A stretch of 62,094 nt of DNA, counting the filler. It is 10 parts of 10 records of this genome, joined end to end, with 100 filler letters (N's around TTAATTAATTAA, not from the genome) between each part and the next. Parts side by side here need not be neighbours in the genome. Positions count along the whole stretch, not along the records: positions 1 to 6,345 come from SRR7504441_4901; positions 6,446 to 13,168 come from SRR7504441_4902; 8 more parts are not named here. One strand, 5' to 3'. Position numbers and translations under genes: made by a program. Positions 1 through 9,567 of this stretch are shown one piece after another. The notes beneath the pieces are model-generated. The model was not told the origin of the DNA. It saw only the letters and a program-made list of their open reading frames with translations, and ran no database searches. Positions within the stretch are counted from its first letter, which is position 1. Each line of letters opens with the position of its first letter.

Positions 1-336
1 AACCACCGGCCTGCCCGACCCTAGGCCCGCCTGGAGCTCAGCGAGCTCCGTGTCAAGCTCAGCTTGCACCGGCACGTGAGAGTCGACGGTCTGGACCTTC
101 TGGAGCACTTGTTCTGGATCTCTACAGCACTGCAGGTACATGCACCTTGCCGGCCACCAAGCGGTGGAACGCCGCTCAAGACGTCCGCCGGCTACGTACC
201 GGCTACGGCTGTACCCCCTTTTAGGTTTCGGACCCGCGGACCGTCAGCTGACCGTTTCGGTTGGCCAAAAAATTTCCGTTGCAGGATCTCGTTCAGCACA
301 CACTGGCCGCCAGCCTCACCACTGCCAGGCGCAGAG

Positions 337-765
337 ATGAGTGAGGAGCAGCAGATCCGGCTCGCCCGGACGAAGATGACCCTCAGCTTCCGCGATGGAT
401 ACGCTGTTTACTCGCCCAAAGAAGGAGTGATGTCCGGTGACTCGCCCACTGATCTTAAAGGGCGGTGACCGGTGCCCAGCGCGCTATCCCAAGTTCTACT
501 TCCCCGAGGGCCAGTTCAGAGAACTGGTGGGAGAGCATCCAGGTGCGCCCCAGCCCTCTCGCCCCAACATCCCCGGCCGGGATCCGTTGCCGGCCGGGCT
601 GCTGGTTACCCTACTGCAGGTGCGCAGGGCAAGACTATCATCTATAAGGTGGTGAGCATGGAAGAGCATACCAGTCAACCAGATGACCCCAACCTGCCGC
701 AGCCCGAAGGTGCCGCACACGAGTTCAGGCTAATGCCCACTGGTCCTGTTGCGGCTGACATCTAA
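337..765 (+). CDS. Small hypothetical protein, probably two introns (~428-460, 543-619)
   Basis: ATG at 337 follows a CAACGGAA motif (274-281, minus strand). Removing GT-AG introns joins MSEEQQIRL...PKEG, GGDRCPARYPKF... and GAQGKTIIYKVV...ADI* in frame. Confidence 0.45.
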
Positions 766-1017
766 TGTGCGTCAGCAGGTGGGTTCAAGCTTTCCGATAC
801 AGTGTGTGAGATCATCAGTGTAGTCGGCGGAGAGGAATGAGTGCATCCGATAGATAGCCACGTGTGATGGCTGAAGCAGGAATCCGAACATCCCGATTTG
901 GGTACAGTTGTTTCACTGCATTACATAGAGCTCTAGAGTATAGCTATACATCACGCTCAAGCTATAGTGTACGAGTACACGTGTGTACAATAGCTACAGT
1001 TAGACCTAGGAAATACC

Positions 1018-2592
1018 CTAGCCCCGTCCTGCTTGCACTCGCGATATATCCGAATCGAGCACACGCTGCTTGAGCCCGGTGCCGATCTTGGAGGCCAGTG
1101 CCGCCATCTCCTCCTCCCCGACGGTGGGCGATGGGAAGTCGGTCAGTAGCGCCGGCCTCCGGTCGCCCTCGTGGCGGGGCACGATGTGAAAATGCGTGTT
1201 GAAAACCGATTGCCCCGCAGCTGATCCGTTGTTCGAGATGATGTTATAGTCCTTGGCGCCCACCGCGTCGCACGCAGCTAGAGCGAGCGCAGGGAGCACA
1301 CTGACCATCGCTAGCAGCACCTGAGGCGGCACCACGTCAAGAGACTGGTACAGCTTCTTGGGCGCCAGCAGCACGTGGCCCTTCTTGCACGGGTTGATGT
1401 CCATGAATGCGAAGCAGTGCTCATCCTCAAACACTTTGTGCCCAGCGATTTTGCCAGCCGCAATCTGGCAGAACACGTTGCTCGCCTCGGTATTTGCATC
1501 TCGCGTCTCGTACGTCCGTGCGTGCGCCGAATCGAGATCCGGGAGCGCCACCTCGATCTGCAGCTTGGTAGACACCTCGCCGGCCCGGTTACTGGCCGAG
1601 AACGTGTACCCTGTGAGAGCTGCTGGCTCCTCCGGAGTTCCGGATATAGACCCGTCGTCTGCCATGGTCAGCCCGGCTGGGAGCCGAGGCTCGATCATGA
1701 AGTCGAGCCCCGAGAGCGCTTCGGCCGGCAGCACGGTTGGCGGGCCGATAGCGACCGGCTCTCCCACGAGCAGCTTGAGAGGCCCGGGCTGCGCTAGCTG
1801 AATAGACTCCGGCTCGGTGGCCATCGAGCTCATCAGCTCGAACATGGCCACGGCCTTGATCAGCGCTTCGAGCTCCGGGCTGGTCAGCTGCAGCTCGCCG
1901 TCCCGGTGGTTGTTGCACGTGCGCCGAATCACACGCTTGGTCGCCTCGTCAAAGATCTCCTCGGGCACCCGCCTGATGCGCGACCTGACCTTCCGGAGCA
2001 GCTTGAGGTTGGTCTCAGGCTCCGGCAGCTTACCGAAATTGAGCTTGCCCACGTCGTGCCAGCCGCGCACCCAGTGGCCCGCCAGCTCACCCGCAGCCTC
2101 CAGTTGGCCGACCTCGGCCCAGGCGGACCGGTAGGCCGCCAGCTCCCAGTCGGGAATCGCCACCATCCCCACCCGTGTCCGTTGGCCCGTGAAGCTCACC
2201 GGGTTGACCCCGCCGCTCTCGGCCTCGGCCGCCTTGTCTACCAGCTCCTGGCTCACGCCGTTGGAGGTGACGAAGCTGTAGTGTGTGTGGCCCATGATCC
2301 GGAGCACGTTCTCCTTGTCGGACAAGGCCCGGCTGCGCATCATCGGGCCGCAGGTGGAGCCCACCCACTCCACCCGGGCCCGCTGGAACCCGTCGTCGCT
2401 CCGGAGCAACCCGTACATCACCTGGTCGTCCTCCAGATAGTTGACCAGCTCCGCCACGCAGCCGACCCCTTCCTCCACCAGGATCAGCTCGCGCTTGCCC
2501 GCGTACTTCATCAGCACGAAGTCGGTGTCCTCTTCCGGGTCGTTCAGGTCAGCAATCGCCGCTTGCAGCCCAGCACTCGCTGCGAACGGCAT
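1018..2592 (-). CDS. ADF-H (coactosin/drebrin-like) + putative Ig-like + HIT-family hydrolase fusion
   Basis: N-terminal DTDFVLMKY...DDQVMYGLLR...VEWVG resembles ADF-H. LPAGLTMADDGSISGTP...YTFSASNRAG resembles a putative Ig repeat. C-terminal FCQI...AFMDINP...GHVLL...GQSVFNTHFHIVPR is a HIT domain. Confidence 0.8.
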   Translation of the reverse strand: MPFAASAGLQAAIADLNDPEEDTDFVLMKYAGKRELILVEEGVGCVAELVNYLEDDQVMYGLLRSDDGFQRARVEWVGSTCGPMMRSRALSDKENVLRIMGHTHYSFVTSNGVSQELVDKAAEAESGGVNPVSFTGQRTRVGMVAIPDWELAAYRSAWAEVGQLEAAGELAGHWVRGWHDVGKLNFGKLPEPETNLKLLRKVRSRIRRVPEEIFDEATKRVIRRTCNNHRDGELQLTSPELEALIKAVAMFELMSSMATEPESIQLAQPGPLKLLVGEPVAIGPPTVLPAEALSGLDFMIEPRLPAGLTMADDGSISGTPEEPAALTGYTFSASNRAGEVSTKLQIEVALPDLDSAHARTYETRDANTEASNVFCQIAAGKIAGHKVFEDEHCFAFMDINPCKKGHVLLAPKKLYQSLDVVPPQVLLAMVSVLPALALAACDAVGAKDYNIISNNGSAAGQSVFNTHFHIVPRHEGDRRPALLTDFPSPTVGEEEMAALASKIGTGLKQRVLDSDISRVQAGRG

Positions 2593-2611
2593 CTCGGGCC
2601 ACCTGACTTCG

Positions 2612-2619
2612 TAACGGAA
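2612..2619 (+). promoter_or_regulatory. YAACGG Myb/MSA-like motif in divergent promoter
   Basis: TAACGGAA between ATGs at 2592(-) and 2758(+); recurrent motif. Confidence 0.55.
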
Positions 2620-2757
2620 CTGAAACAGCGCCAAATCGGGGTGTTGTGCCTTGGTCGCTGCCCTGCCCCACCTCGCCCCGGTCCGGCCCACCGACCCAGG
2701 CGCCCGAATTCAGGCTCACCGGGCAGCTGAGAGCCGGTCAGTCGTGATAAGCCCGAG

Positions 2758-3814
2758 ATGGCTCCGCCCGGGGGCCACTCGTACTGTCTGCCGCCGATCC
2801 CCAAGGACGCGCATGGGGTACCAATGACGTTCGAGGCCCGGATGGCCAAGGAGGTCGCCGTGGTGCGCCCTGGGCCCGGGTGGGCCGCTCATCCCGCGGG
2901 CAGATGGAACAGGCGCGGCACAAGGCAGCGGGGGCCCTGGTAGGGCTGGCGAGGGCCCAGAACAACTCCCGAAACATCATGAGCACCACCCTGTGAGCCC
3001 GAGACGGCGGCCGGTGCCGACTGCGGAGGGCCAGACCGGCCGGGCTCCGAGCCAAGGCCAAGAAGGCCGGGGGCATGCTGTGTTTCGGGGGATACGAGCC
3101 CCCGGTGGTTGTGCCTCCCAAGCAGGCATTCTGGTGCCTAGCCGGCGGCCTGAGAGAGTGCAGGCCGGCCCGTCGGCGGGGAGCATCCGGCGGCAGGACG
3201 AGAGCCACTCGCTGCTCAAGAGCTGCGCAGCCGGTCGGACCAACTTTGTCACGGTGCCCGGCACAGCTGCAGCGTAACTAACCCCGGGTGCTGCAGCTGC
3301 TCAATTCGCTCCAAACCGCAAAGTCGCCGCTCACCCGCAACCAGCGGACTCTGAACGCTACGATGCAGATCCCACAGGCGCGGGCTGGGCCTGTTTGGTG
3401 CGCTCACTCGGTGGCAGTTGACCAGGAACGAGAGAGCGGAGCTGCATGCTGGGGCAGTCAGGCTGGCCAACGACCGGCAGCTTTGTGGGTACAATATCAA
3501 GACCGTGTGGGTGTCGGGCGTGGGGGTCGTCGAGCACACCGTGGACCCACCCGAGGATAAGTCTGTAGATACACAGGCGATCGAGTATCATGCAGGAATC
3601 CAGCGACGCGGGAAGGAGGTCGGGCCCAGCTTTAGCGTGCAGTAAGCGCCCGTGGCAGGTGGGTGATTTGATTTGCGGCTTGGGCGACATCAAAAGGCGG
3701 ACATTAGAGACGACTAGAAAAGCGAGGCGGAAGGCTGTGCAGAGGACACATTTGGCGGAGTATTTGGACCCAAAGCCTGAGGCCCAATCAGGAGGGATGC
3801 TGTGCTTTAACTAG
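2758..3814 (+). CDS. Hypothetical protein with ~6 short introns, two with GC donors (3126-3163, 3378-3417)
   Basis: Frame is restored by ~40-nt introns. The GGMLCF motif occurs twice in the spliced product. Confidence 0.55.
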
Positions 3815-3998
3815 TCCACATGTACAATCATAAATCTCGAATTGAAACCTAACACGACAGTAGCAGTACTTGGAGACGTCTCCTCATTGGAATTCGCATA
3901 CACGTCATTACACGACGAGGTGTGGATGAGTGCAGCAAAGTGTGTGTGATTTGATTCCAATCCTCTTACGAACGCTCAATTAGTAACCGGCTTACCCT

Positions 3999-5067
3999 TC
4001 AGCTAACTGATAGGAGCTCCAAGGTGAACTCTAGCGTGGCATTGGGGGGGATCTTCCAAGCCTGCCCCAACGGATCAGCCAGACTCACCGGTGCAACTTA
4101 CTGGGAATCCTTCAACTCCATACGCCTCAGCACCAGGGATCACGAGCACACGAGTCTCCCCAACCGCCATCCCGAGGCATCCCTGGTCCCACCCCCTGAT
4201 CACTTTACCCACCCCGGCTTTGAAGCTGAACGGCTTGTTGCTATCTTTGGTACACCAGAACTGCACACCGCTGTCTTGCAGCACACCGGTTGCGTGCAGC
4301 TCTGCTGTACACCCCTTGCGCACCACGCCCTTGGCCTCGTCTCCGATCACAACCGACTGCCGAGTGGTCCGCAGCCCCGCAACGGGCTCCGGCCGGGACC
4401 AGGCAGTCTTGCCCGACTCAGCGTGCTCATAGTACGTGTACCCGTTCGGATCCTGCTTGGCCTCCCAGCCATCCGCTGACCGCTCCACACGGGCCGCCTT
4501 GCTCGACACTGCCAGCGCCTCCTCCGCCGGCCGCTTGATCCCGCCCTGTTCGAGCGAGCCGCAGTCCGTTATCACCACAGGCGATCGGGGCTTGCCGCTG
4601 GCGGTGCCCAGGTTGTCCAGGCGAGTGACCAGGTGCATCGACTCGTCCAGCACCCGCCCAAACACGACGTGCTTGTCGTCCAGCCAGGCGGTCTTGGCTG
4701 TGCACACAAAGAACTGCGATCCATTCGAGTTGGGGCCCGAGTTGGCCATGGACAGTACCCCGGGACCAGTGTGTTTCAGCTCGAAGTTTTCGTCCGGAAA
4801 CTTCCGGCCGTAGATACTCTCCCCGCCGGTGCCGTCGCCCTTGGTGAAGTCGCCGCCCTGGGCCATGAATCCGTTGATGATCCGGTGGAACTTGCTCCCT
4901 TTGAATGTGAGCGCCCGGCCGCGCTTGCCGGTGTGCGAGCCTGTGCAGAGTGCCAGGAAGTTGGCACAGGTCTTGGGGGTCACATCCGCCCGCAGCTCGA
5001 TCAGCAGCCGGCCCACCTTGCCTCCGTTGATCGACAGCTCCAGCCACACCCGTGGGTTGCTGCTCAT
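3999..5067 (-). CDS. Cyclophilin-WW-FKBP multidomain peptidyl-prolyl isomerase; intron 4062-4101
   Basis: Cyclophilin motifs [16 protein letters not shown] and [17 protein letters not shown] motif [16 protein letters not shown]...TAWSRP; FKBP motif VIRGWDQG...AYG, completed after a 40-nt GT-AG intron by [20 protein letters not shown]. Confidence 0.92.
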
Positions 5068-5114
5068 TGAGCCCCTCCGGTGCGCCGTACCTCGAGCCCG
5101 GCCGGTTTCCAAAT

Positions 5115-5122
5115 GTCCGTTA
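5115..5122 (-). promoter_or_regulatory. YAACGG motif in divergent promoter
   Basis: TAACGGAC between ATGs at 5067(-) and 5151(+). Confidence 0.55.
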
Positions 5123-5150
5123 TTCGCTGGAGACGCTGTTCCGCCTGTTC

Positions 5151-6176
5151 ATGGGGTCTGGGCTGAGCGCGGAGGAGGAGCAGGCGCGGGCGGCCACCGC
5201 CCCCACGATCGCCTGCCCGTACCTGGCATCAATGTACCGCACTGGCCGGCTGCACCCGGACACCACCGGCCGTGTGGACTACAACGGCATCTGGACGGCG
5301 CTCCGGGCCGGCGGGATGAGTAAAGCCCTGGCGCTCTTCCAGACGTTGGGGATCTGCGCCTACAAGGAGGAGGACCCGGATCAGCTGGAGCGGTCCCGGC
5401 TGGGGCTACTGAAGGCGCTGCTGCCCCGCCGGCCGTGGGATGACCGTTATCTGAACATATTCAGACTCAATTCGGGCGACTTCGCGCACTCGCAGGAGGT
5501 GCAGCACGGCAACTCGACCACGATCCGGGACCGGCGGTTCGACGAGCCGACCGACCTGCTCGGCTCCCGGCGGGCCAGGTTTGAGCGCTGGCTCGGGCCG
5601 GTCCTGGGATCCGTTGGCAGACTCGACGCACGCGGGCTGGCCCGGCTGCTGGTTACGTTGCGGGACGAGGGCGCCCAGGAGGGCGAGTGGAGTCTCCGGC
5701 TGATCGGGCGGCACCACCCGGGCGCACTGGAGGCGGACCCTGCCGCGCTGAGCGAATGGCAGTCCACATTCGCCTGGGCCGCGTTCTTGTTGGTGTTTGG
5801 CCGGCCCGGCCCCGGACTGGCCGACCTGCACCTGACCCGAGCCGACCTGGAGGGGTTATTTTTAGACTCGCTCACCCCGGAGGGCTGGGAGCCCCGGTAC
5901 GTGGCGTTTGACGACGGGATGGAGTACCTCGGGCTGTTGGCTGAGTTCGAACCGGAGCTTCGGTTTGCCAGCGAAATCCAGAAAGAGTTTGAGACATCGA
6001 GCCGCGAGTACCGTGAGCGCGGGCGGACACACGCGTTCCACGGGTACGGCGACTTTGGGACGTTGAGCCGTGCGGCGGGAGTGCTGGACAAGATAGGGAT
6101 GAACAATGGCCAGTACATGGCGTGGGACGAGTCTATGATCAGCGAGTTAGCTCAGGATCCGCACAGTCTGTGCTGA
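5151..6176 (+). CDS. Hypothetical protein, divergent heme-thiolate peroxidase/peroxygenase-like
   Basis: Long intronless ORF. ACPYLASM, QHGNSTTIRD and FLLVFG...LFLDSLTPEGW echo the PCP, EHDxSxSRxD and FFxxERLPxGW motifs of chloroperoxidase/UPO proteins. Confidence 0.45.
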   Translation: MGSGLSAEEEQARAATAPTIACPYLASMYRTGRLHPDTTGRVDYNGIWTALRAGGMSKALALFQTLGICAYKEEDPDQLERSRLGLLKALLPRRPWDDRYLNIFRLNSGDFAHSQEVQHGNSTTIRDRRFDEPTDLLGSRRARFERWLGPVLGSVGRLDARGLARLLVTLRDEGAQEGEWSLRLIGRHHPGALEADPAALSEWQSTFAWAAFLLVFGRPGPGLADLHLTRADLEGLFLDSLTPEGWEPRYVAFDDGMEYLGLLAEFEPELRFASEIQKEFETSSREYRERGRTHAFHGYGDFGTLSRAAGVLDKIGMNNGQYMAWDESMISELAQDPHSLC

Positions 6177-6345
6177 CATGATCTTGGTGCCGAGCTCGAG
6201 CTCCAGAGCTCGTTCAGTTGGTATAATTGCGCCTCTCGTCGCTCTCGTCATGCCTGCCTCTTAACAAGAGATTCTTGCTAATTCATGAGCACTTCTTAAA
6301 GTCATGCTATCTCATTATCGGTTGTAGCGAAGGCCGTTGATTCTG

Positions 6346-6445
6346 NNNNNNNNNNNNNNNNNNNNNNNNNNNNNNNNNNNNNNNNNNNNTTAATTAATTA
6401 ANNNNNNNNNNNNNNNNNNNNNNNNNNNNNNNNNNNNNNNNNNNN
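6346..6445. other. Artificial contig linker (N44-TTAATTAATTAA-N44); also at 13169-13268, 17722-17821, 21367-21466, 25518-25617, 37907-38006, 43575-43674, 49804-49903, 56068-56167
   Basis: Identical 100-nt spacer with stops in all six frames; several genes are truncated at these points. Confidence 0.99.
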
Positions 6446-6488
6446 GCTACCTCGTAATGATTCGTATCATACTCTAGTACTGTACACA

Positions 6489-8019
6489 TCACAACTTTGC
6501 AGGAGTCAGCGCGTCCACCCTGCGACGCAACCCGGCCACCGCTCTATCAACCTGCACATCCCGCTCTTTCACCGTCCCGTGGGTGCTGATCAGCAGATCG
6601 GCCCGGCCTATCCGCTCCCTGTTGCTCATCTGCGCAGCGAGCACCGCCTCCGCCGCCTGCTGGCTCTTGCTGTCTCTCTCGACCACTCTCTCGACCACCA
6701 TCCGCCTCGGGGCAAACACCACCCAGCACTCGTCCACCAGCGAGTCCCAGCCGGCCTCGAGCAGCACAGCCGCCTCGAGCACGCAAACCCGGTGCCCCGC
6801 CGCCCGGAGGCTCTCCAGCTCGGTGGCCACCTCGCGTTCTATTTCAGGCCACACAATCTGCTGCAGCCGCTCCCTCGCCTTGGGGTCCCCAAACACTATC
6901 CCGCCCAGCTTCCGCCTGCACACCGGTCAGCCGCCGGCTGGCATGCAGCTACCGGTCGATCTGGCCGTCCGGTTGGACGATCTCTGGCCCGAATTCATCG
7001 CTGAGCCGCTGATTGCATCTGCTGCCCTTGCGGTAGGTGCGATGGCCGACCTTATCCGCATCAATCTGGGCTATGCCGTACTCCTTCGCCATCATCGCCG
7101 CCACCGACGACTTGCCCGACGCGATCCCGCCAGTCAGCCCGACGCAGTAAATCCTCTCAGGGCTCGTTGCAGCAGGCCTCGTCTCACGAAGCCACCACGC
7201 TCCGGCAGGTCGGAATGTGCCTAGCCAGCTTTCGCGGAGAGCCGACGACGAGAGCTTGCCGCCCGAGCTCAGCTGCGGGTTGAGCGATTTGGGCACAAGA
7301 GGGATGCTCATCCCCGCCAAAGGCCGGACAGCTCGCTCGGCCCTCGCCTGGTTGACCATCCGAATGCCATCAAAGGTCTCCTGGGAGACCACCAACAGGT
7401 CAACTTCCGGGAGCGCCGCCGGCCCAATCGGGTCAGTGATTGGCAGCACCTGCAGCTGGGTGCTGGGGCTGACCGCCTTCAAAAACTCGCGTACCGTCTG
7501 GGCGCGCAGCTCCAACGGTTCTACCAGGTCGCCACACGGCTTGTCGGTCAGCATCGCCGGGTCGGTCACGCCCACTATCAGCCGGCGGCTGAGCGCTGCG
7601 GCGGCGGTGAGCAGCAGCTTGTGCCCGAGGTGCAGCTGGTCCCAGGTCCCCCCGACGCACCCAGTGCCGTGCTGCCCAGACAAGGCCGAGCCCCAGCCGG
7701 TCCGTGCCATCGCCGACTCAAACCCCGCCTGCCAGTCCGGGCGCGGCTGGATCGGTCGGTCGTCAGGCTCCGGGCTCGGGTAGACGGTTAGCAGCCCGGG
7801 GTCTCCGTCGGGCCCGGGGAGGAGCACGTAAACCTCGGCGGAGGGCCGGTGCTGCGAACAGCTGCCGTAGATGGCCATCGCCTGGGCGAGCTGATCGGCC
7901 GGCCGTGCGCAGCAAGCCGGGAGCGCGATGAACAGCCGTGGGCATTCAGCCAGCGCAGCGTGTACCGCCGCCTGCGCCGACTGCCCGAACCCGCCCCGCA
8001 GACGCACCAGGCCCGCCAT
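6489..8019 (-). CDS. COASY: Bifunctional CoA synthase (phosphopantetheine adenylyltransferase + dephospho-CoA kinase); intron 6916-6952
   Basis: GGTWDQLHLGHKLLL and KLSSS (PPAT); GLTGGIASGKS P-loop; IDR|RKLG joined across a 37-nt intron; LEAAVLLEAGW (DPCK). Confidence 0.92.
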
Positions 8020-8147
8020 TCTGTTACTTGCGATGGACCGGCTGATCCTCGCCCTATCCTGCGTGCGCCTTTGGTGGTCTTGAGGCTCTGCTATGGCATC
8101 GGGCGGAAGAGGAATGCCGCCTCAGGTGTCCAAGTGCGTCGTAGATC

Positions 8148-8155
8148 TAACGGAA
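8148..8155 (+). promoter_or_regulatory. YAACGG motif in divergent promoter
   Basis: TAACGGAA between ATGs at 8019(-) and 8161(+). Confidence 0.55.
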
Positions 8156-8160
8156 GAGGA

Positions 8161-9396
8161 ATGCTTATCCTCGCCGTGGCGCTGGCTGCGGCTGCTTCTG
8201 GACAGAGTGTCCGGCCGGAGCCGGCTCAGCCGACGATCCAGGCTGGATTCGAGACGCACAACGTCTTCTGGCCGTACGAGGCCGACAGCCAGGGCACGGT
8301 CTACGCCTGCACCTACCTCCCCACCGTGGTGCTGGCCAACCGCTCCAGGCTGGTGGCCCACGGCAACTGCGCCACCACACCGGCCGATTGCAACGGGCTG
8401 CACCTGGCGTCCCGCGGTCTCGGAACCAACCCGAACAGCGAAGGAAAGATCTGCCAAAAGCACAGCGACGACGGGGGCAAGACTTGGTCGCAGATCAGAC
8501 TGATCAATCCTTCGGGCCCGGGAATGCAGACTGGTCAGATCGTGTGGGATGAGCTCCGCGGGGCGCTCCTGATGCAGTACAGCGGGATAGTGGCTGGCCG
8601 CCCGAGTGGGACGGTACTTGAATGGAAGAGTGTGGACCTGGGCGACAGCTGGGGTTTCAAACGCAACCTCACAGAGCATCTCACAGGCCCAGAGGGCGAG
8701 GCAATCCTCGAGACTGGCACTTCGGCGGGGGCAGCACTCCAGCTGGCCCCGACTAATCAGTTCCATCCCGGCCGACTGGTATTTGCTGGATATGTCAAGA
8801 ACGAACAGTGCAATGGCCAAACATTCTGGTACACAGACGACGGCGTGAGCTATAAAGTAAGCAAAAACGCGACGGGAGGGCCTCTGTGCGTGCCTGGCAT
8901 CGGAGAAACTGGGCTGGGTGAGACTCCGTCGGGAGGAATCACGAGTTCGTCGCGTAACCAGATGTTTCACGGGCCGGGCAAATGCGACTGCAGAGCCACA
9001 ATGCACTCTGCGGATGGCGGAGACAGCTTCGGGCCGCTCGGATTTGACCCAGCGTTAGTGGAGCCCGAGTGTATGGGCACGATGGTCAATGGTGATAGCC
9101 CGAGCTTGTTGTTTCATGCAAACCCCGGCCACGGGACGGATCGTGAGTCCAAATCGCCGCCTGACGGCCGGGCATCCGGCACCGTGAGGCGATCCTCGGA
9201 TGGCGGCAAAACTTGGGATGCGAGTGTGGTTCTGAACGAGCACGATGCGTATAGCTATTCGTGTCTCAGCAAGTCTCCAAAGCCGGGCTTTGTCGGGCTA
9301 ATCTGGGAGACCGTACTTCCCGGGAGCGGGGTGCCAGCGAGCTGGAGTACCAACAACGTCGTCTTTACCCTCATTCCGCAGAATTTCACGAAGTGA
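8161..9396 (+). CDS. Secreted sialidase-like BNR/Asp-box beta-propeller protein
   Basis: Signal peptide MLILAVALAAAASG; Asp-boxes SDDGGKTW, SVDLGDSW, TDDGVSY, SADGGDSF and SSDGGKTW; C-terminal YSYS. Confidence 0.8.
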   Translation: MLILAVALAAAASGQSVRPEPAQPTIQAGFETHNVFWPYEADSQGTVYACTYLPTVVLANRSRLVAHGNCATTPADCNGLHLASRGLGTNPNSEGKICQKHSDDGGKTWSQIRLINPSGPGMQTGQIVWDELRGALLMQYSGIVAGRPSGTVLEWKSVDLGDSWGFKRNLTEHLTGPEGEAILETGTSAGAALQLAPTNQFHPGRLVFAGYVKNEQCNGQTFWYTDDGVSYKVSKNATGGPLCVPGIGETGLGETPSGGITSSSRNQMFHGPGKCDCRATMHSADGGDSFGPLGFDPALVEPECMGTMVNGDSPSLLFHANPGHGTDRESKSPPDGRASGTVRRSSDGGKTWDASVVLNEHDAYSYSCLSKSPKPGFVGLIWETVLPGSGVPASWSTNNVVFTLIPQNFTK

Positions 9397-9567
9397 TGAA
9401 TGAATGAATTTTAATTTAAAACATGTAAGATTAATTTATCATTTTAACTTCGTTTGTTTGAGGTTAGTTTGAGATGTTGTCGGTGAACACACGTACTCGT
9501 ACATGATTGTACGAGTCTACATGATAATAGCATCAGAATTGTATCTGCTAATAGCATCAGATTGGCG

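Noticed and set aside
6346-6445. Repeated TTAATTAATTAA inside N runs (nine copies)
   Set aside because: Artificial six-frame-stop linker from contig concatenation. Adjacency across linkers carries no synteny information.
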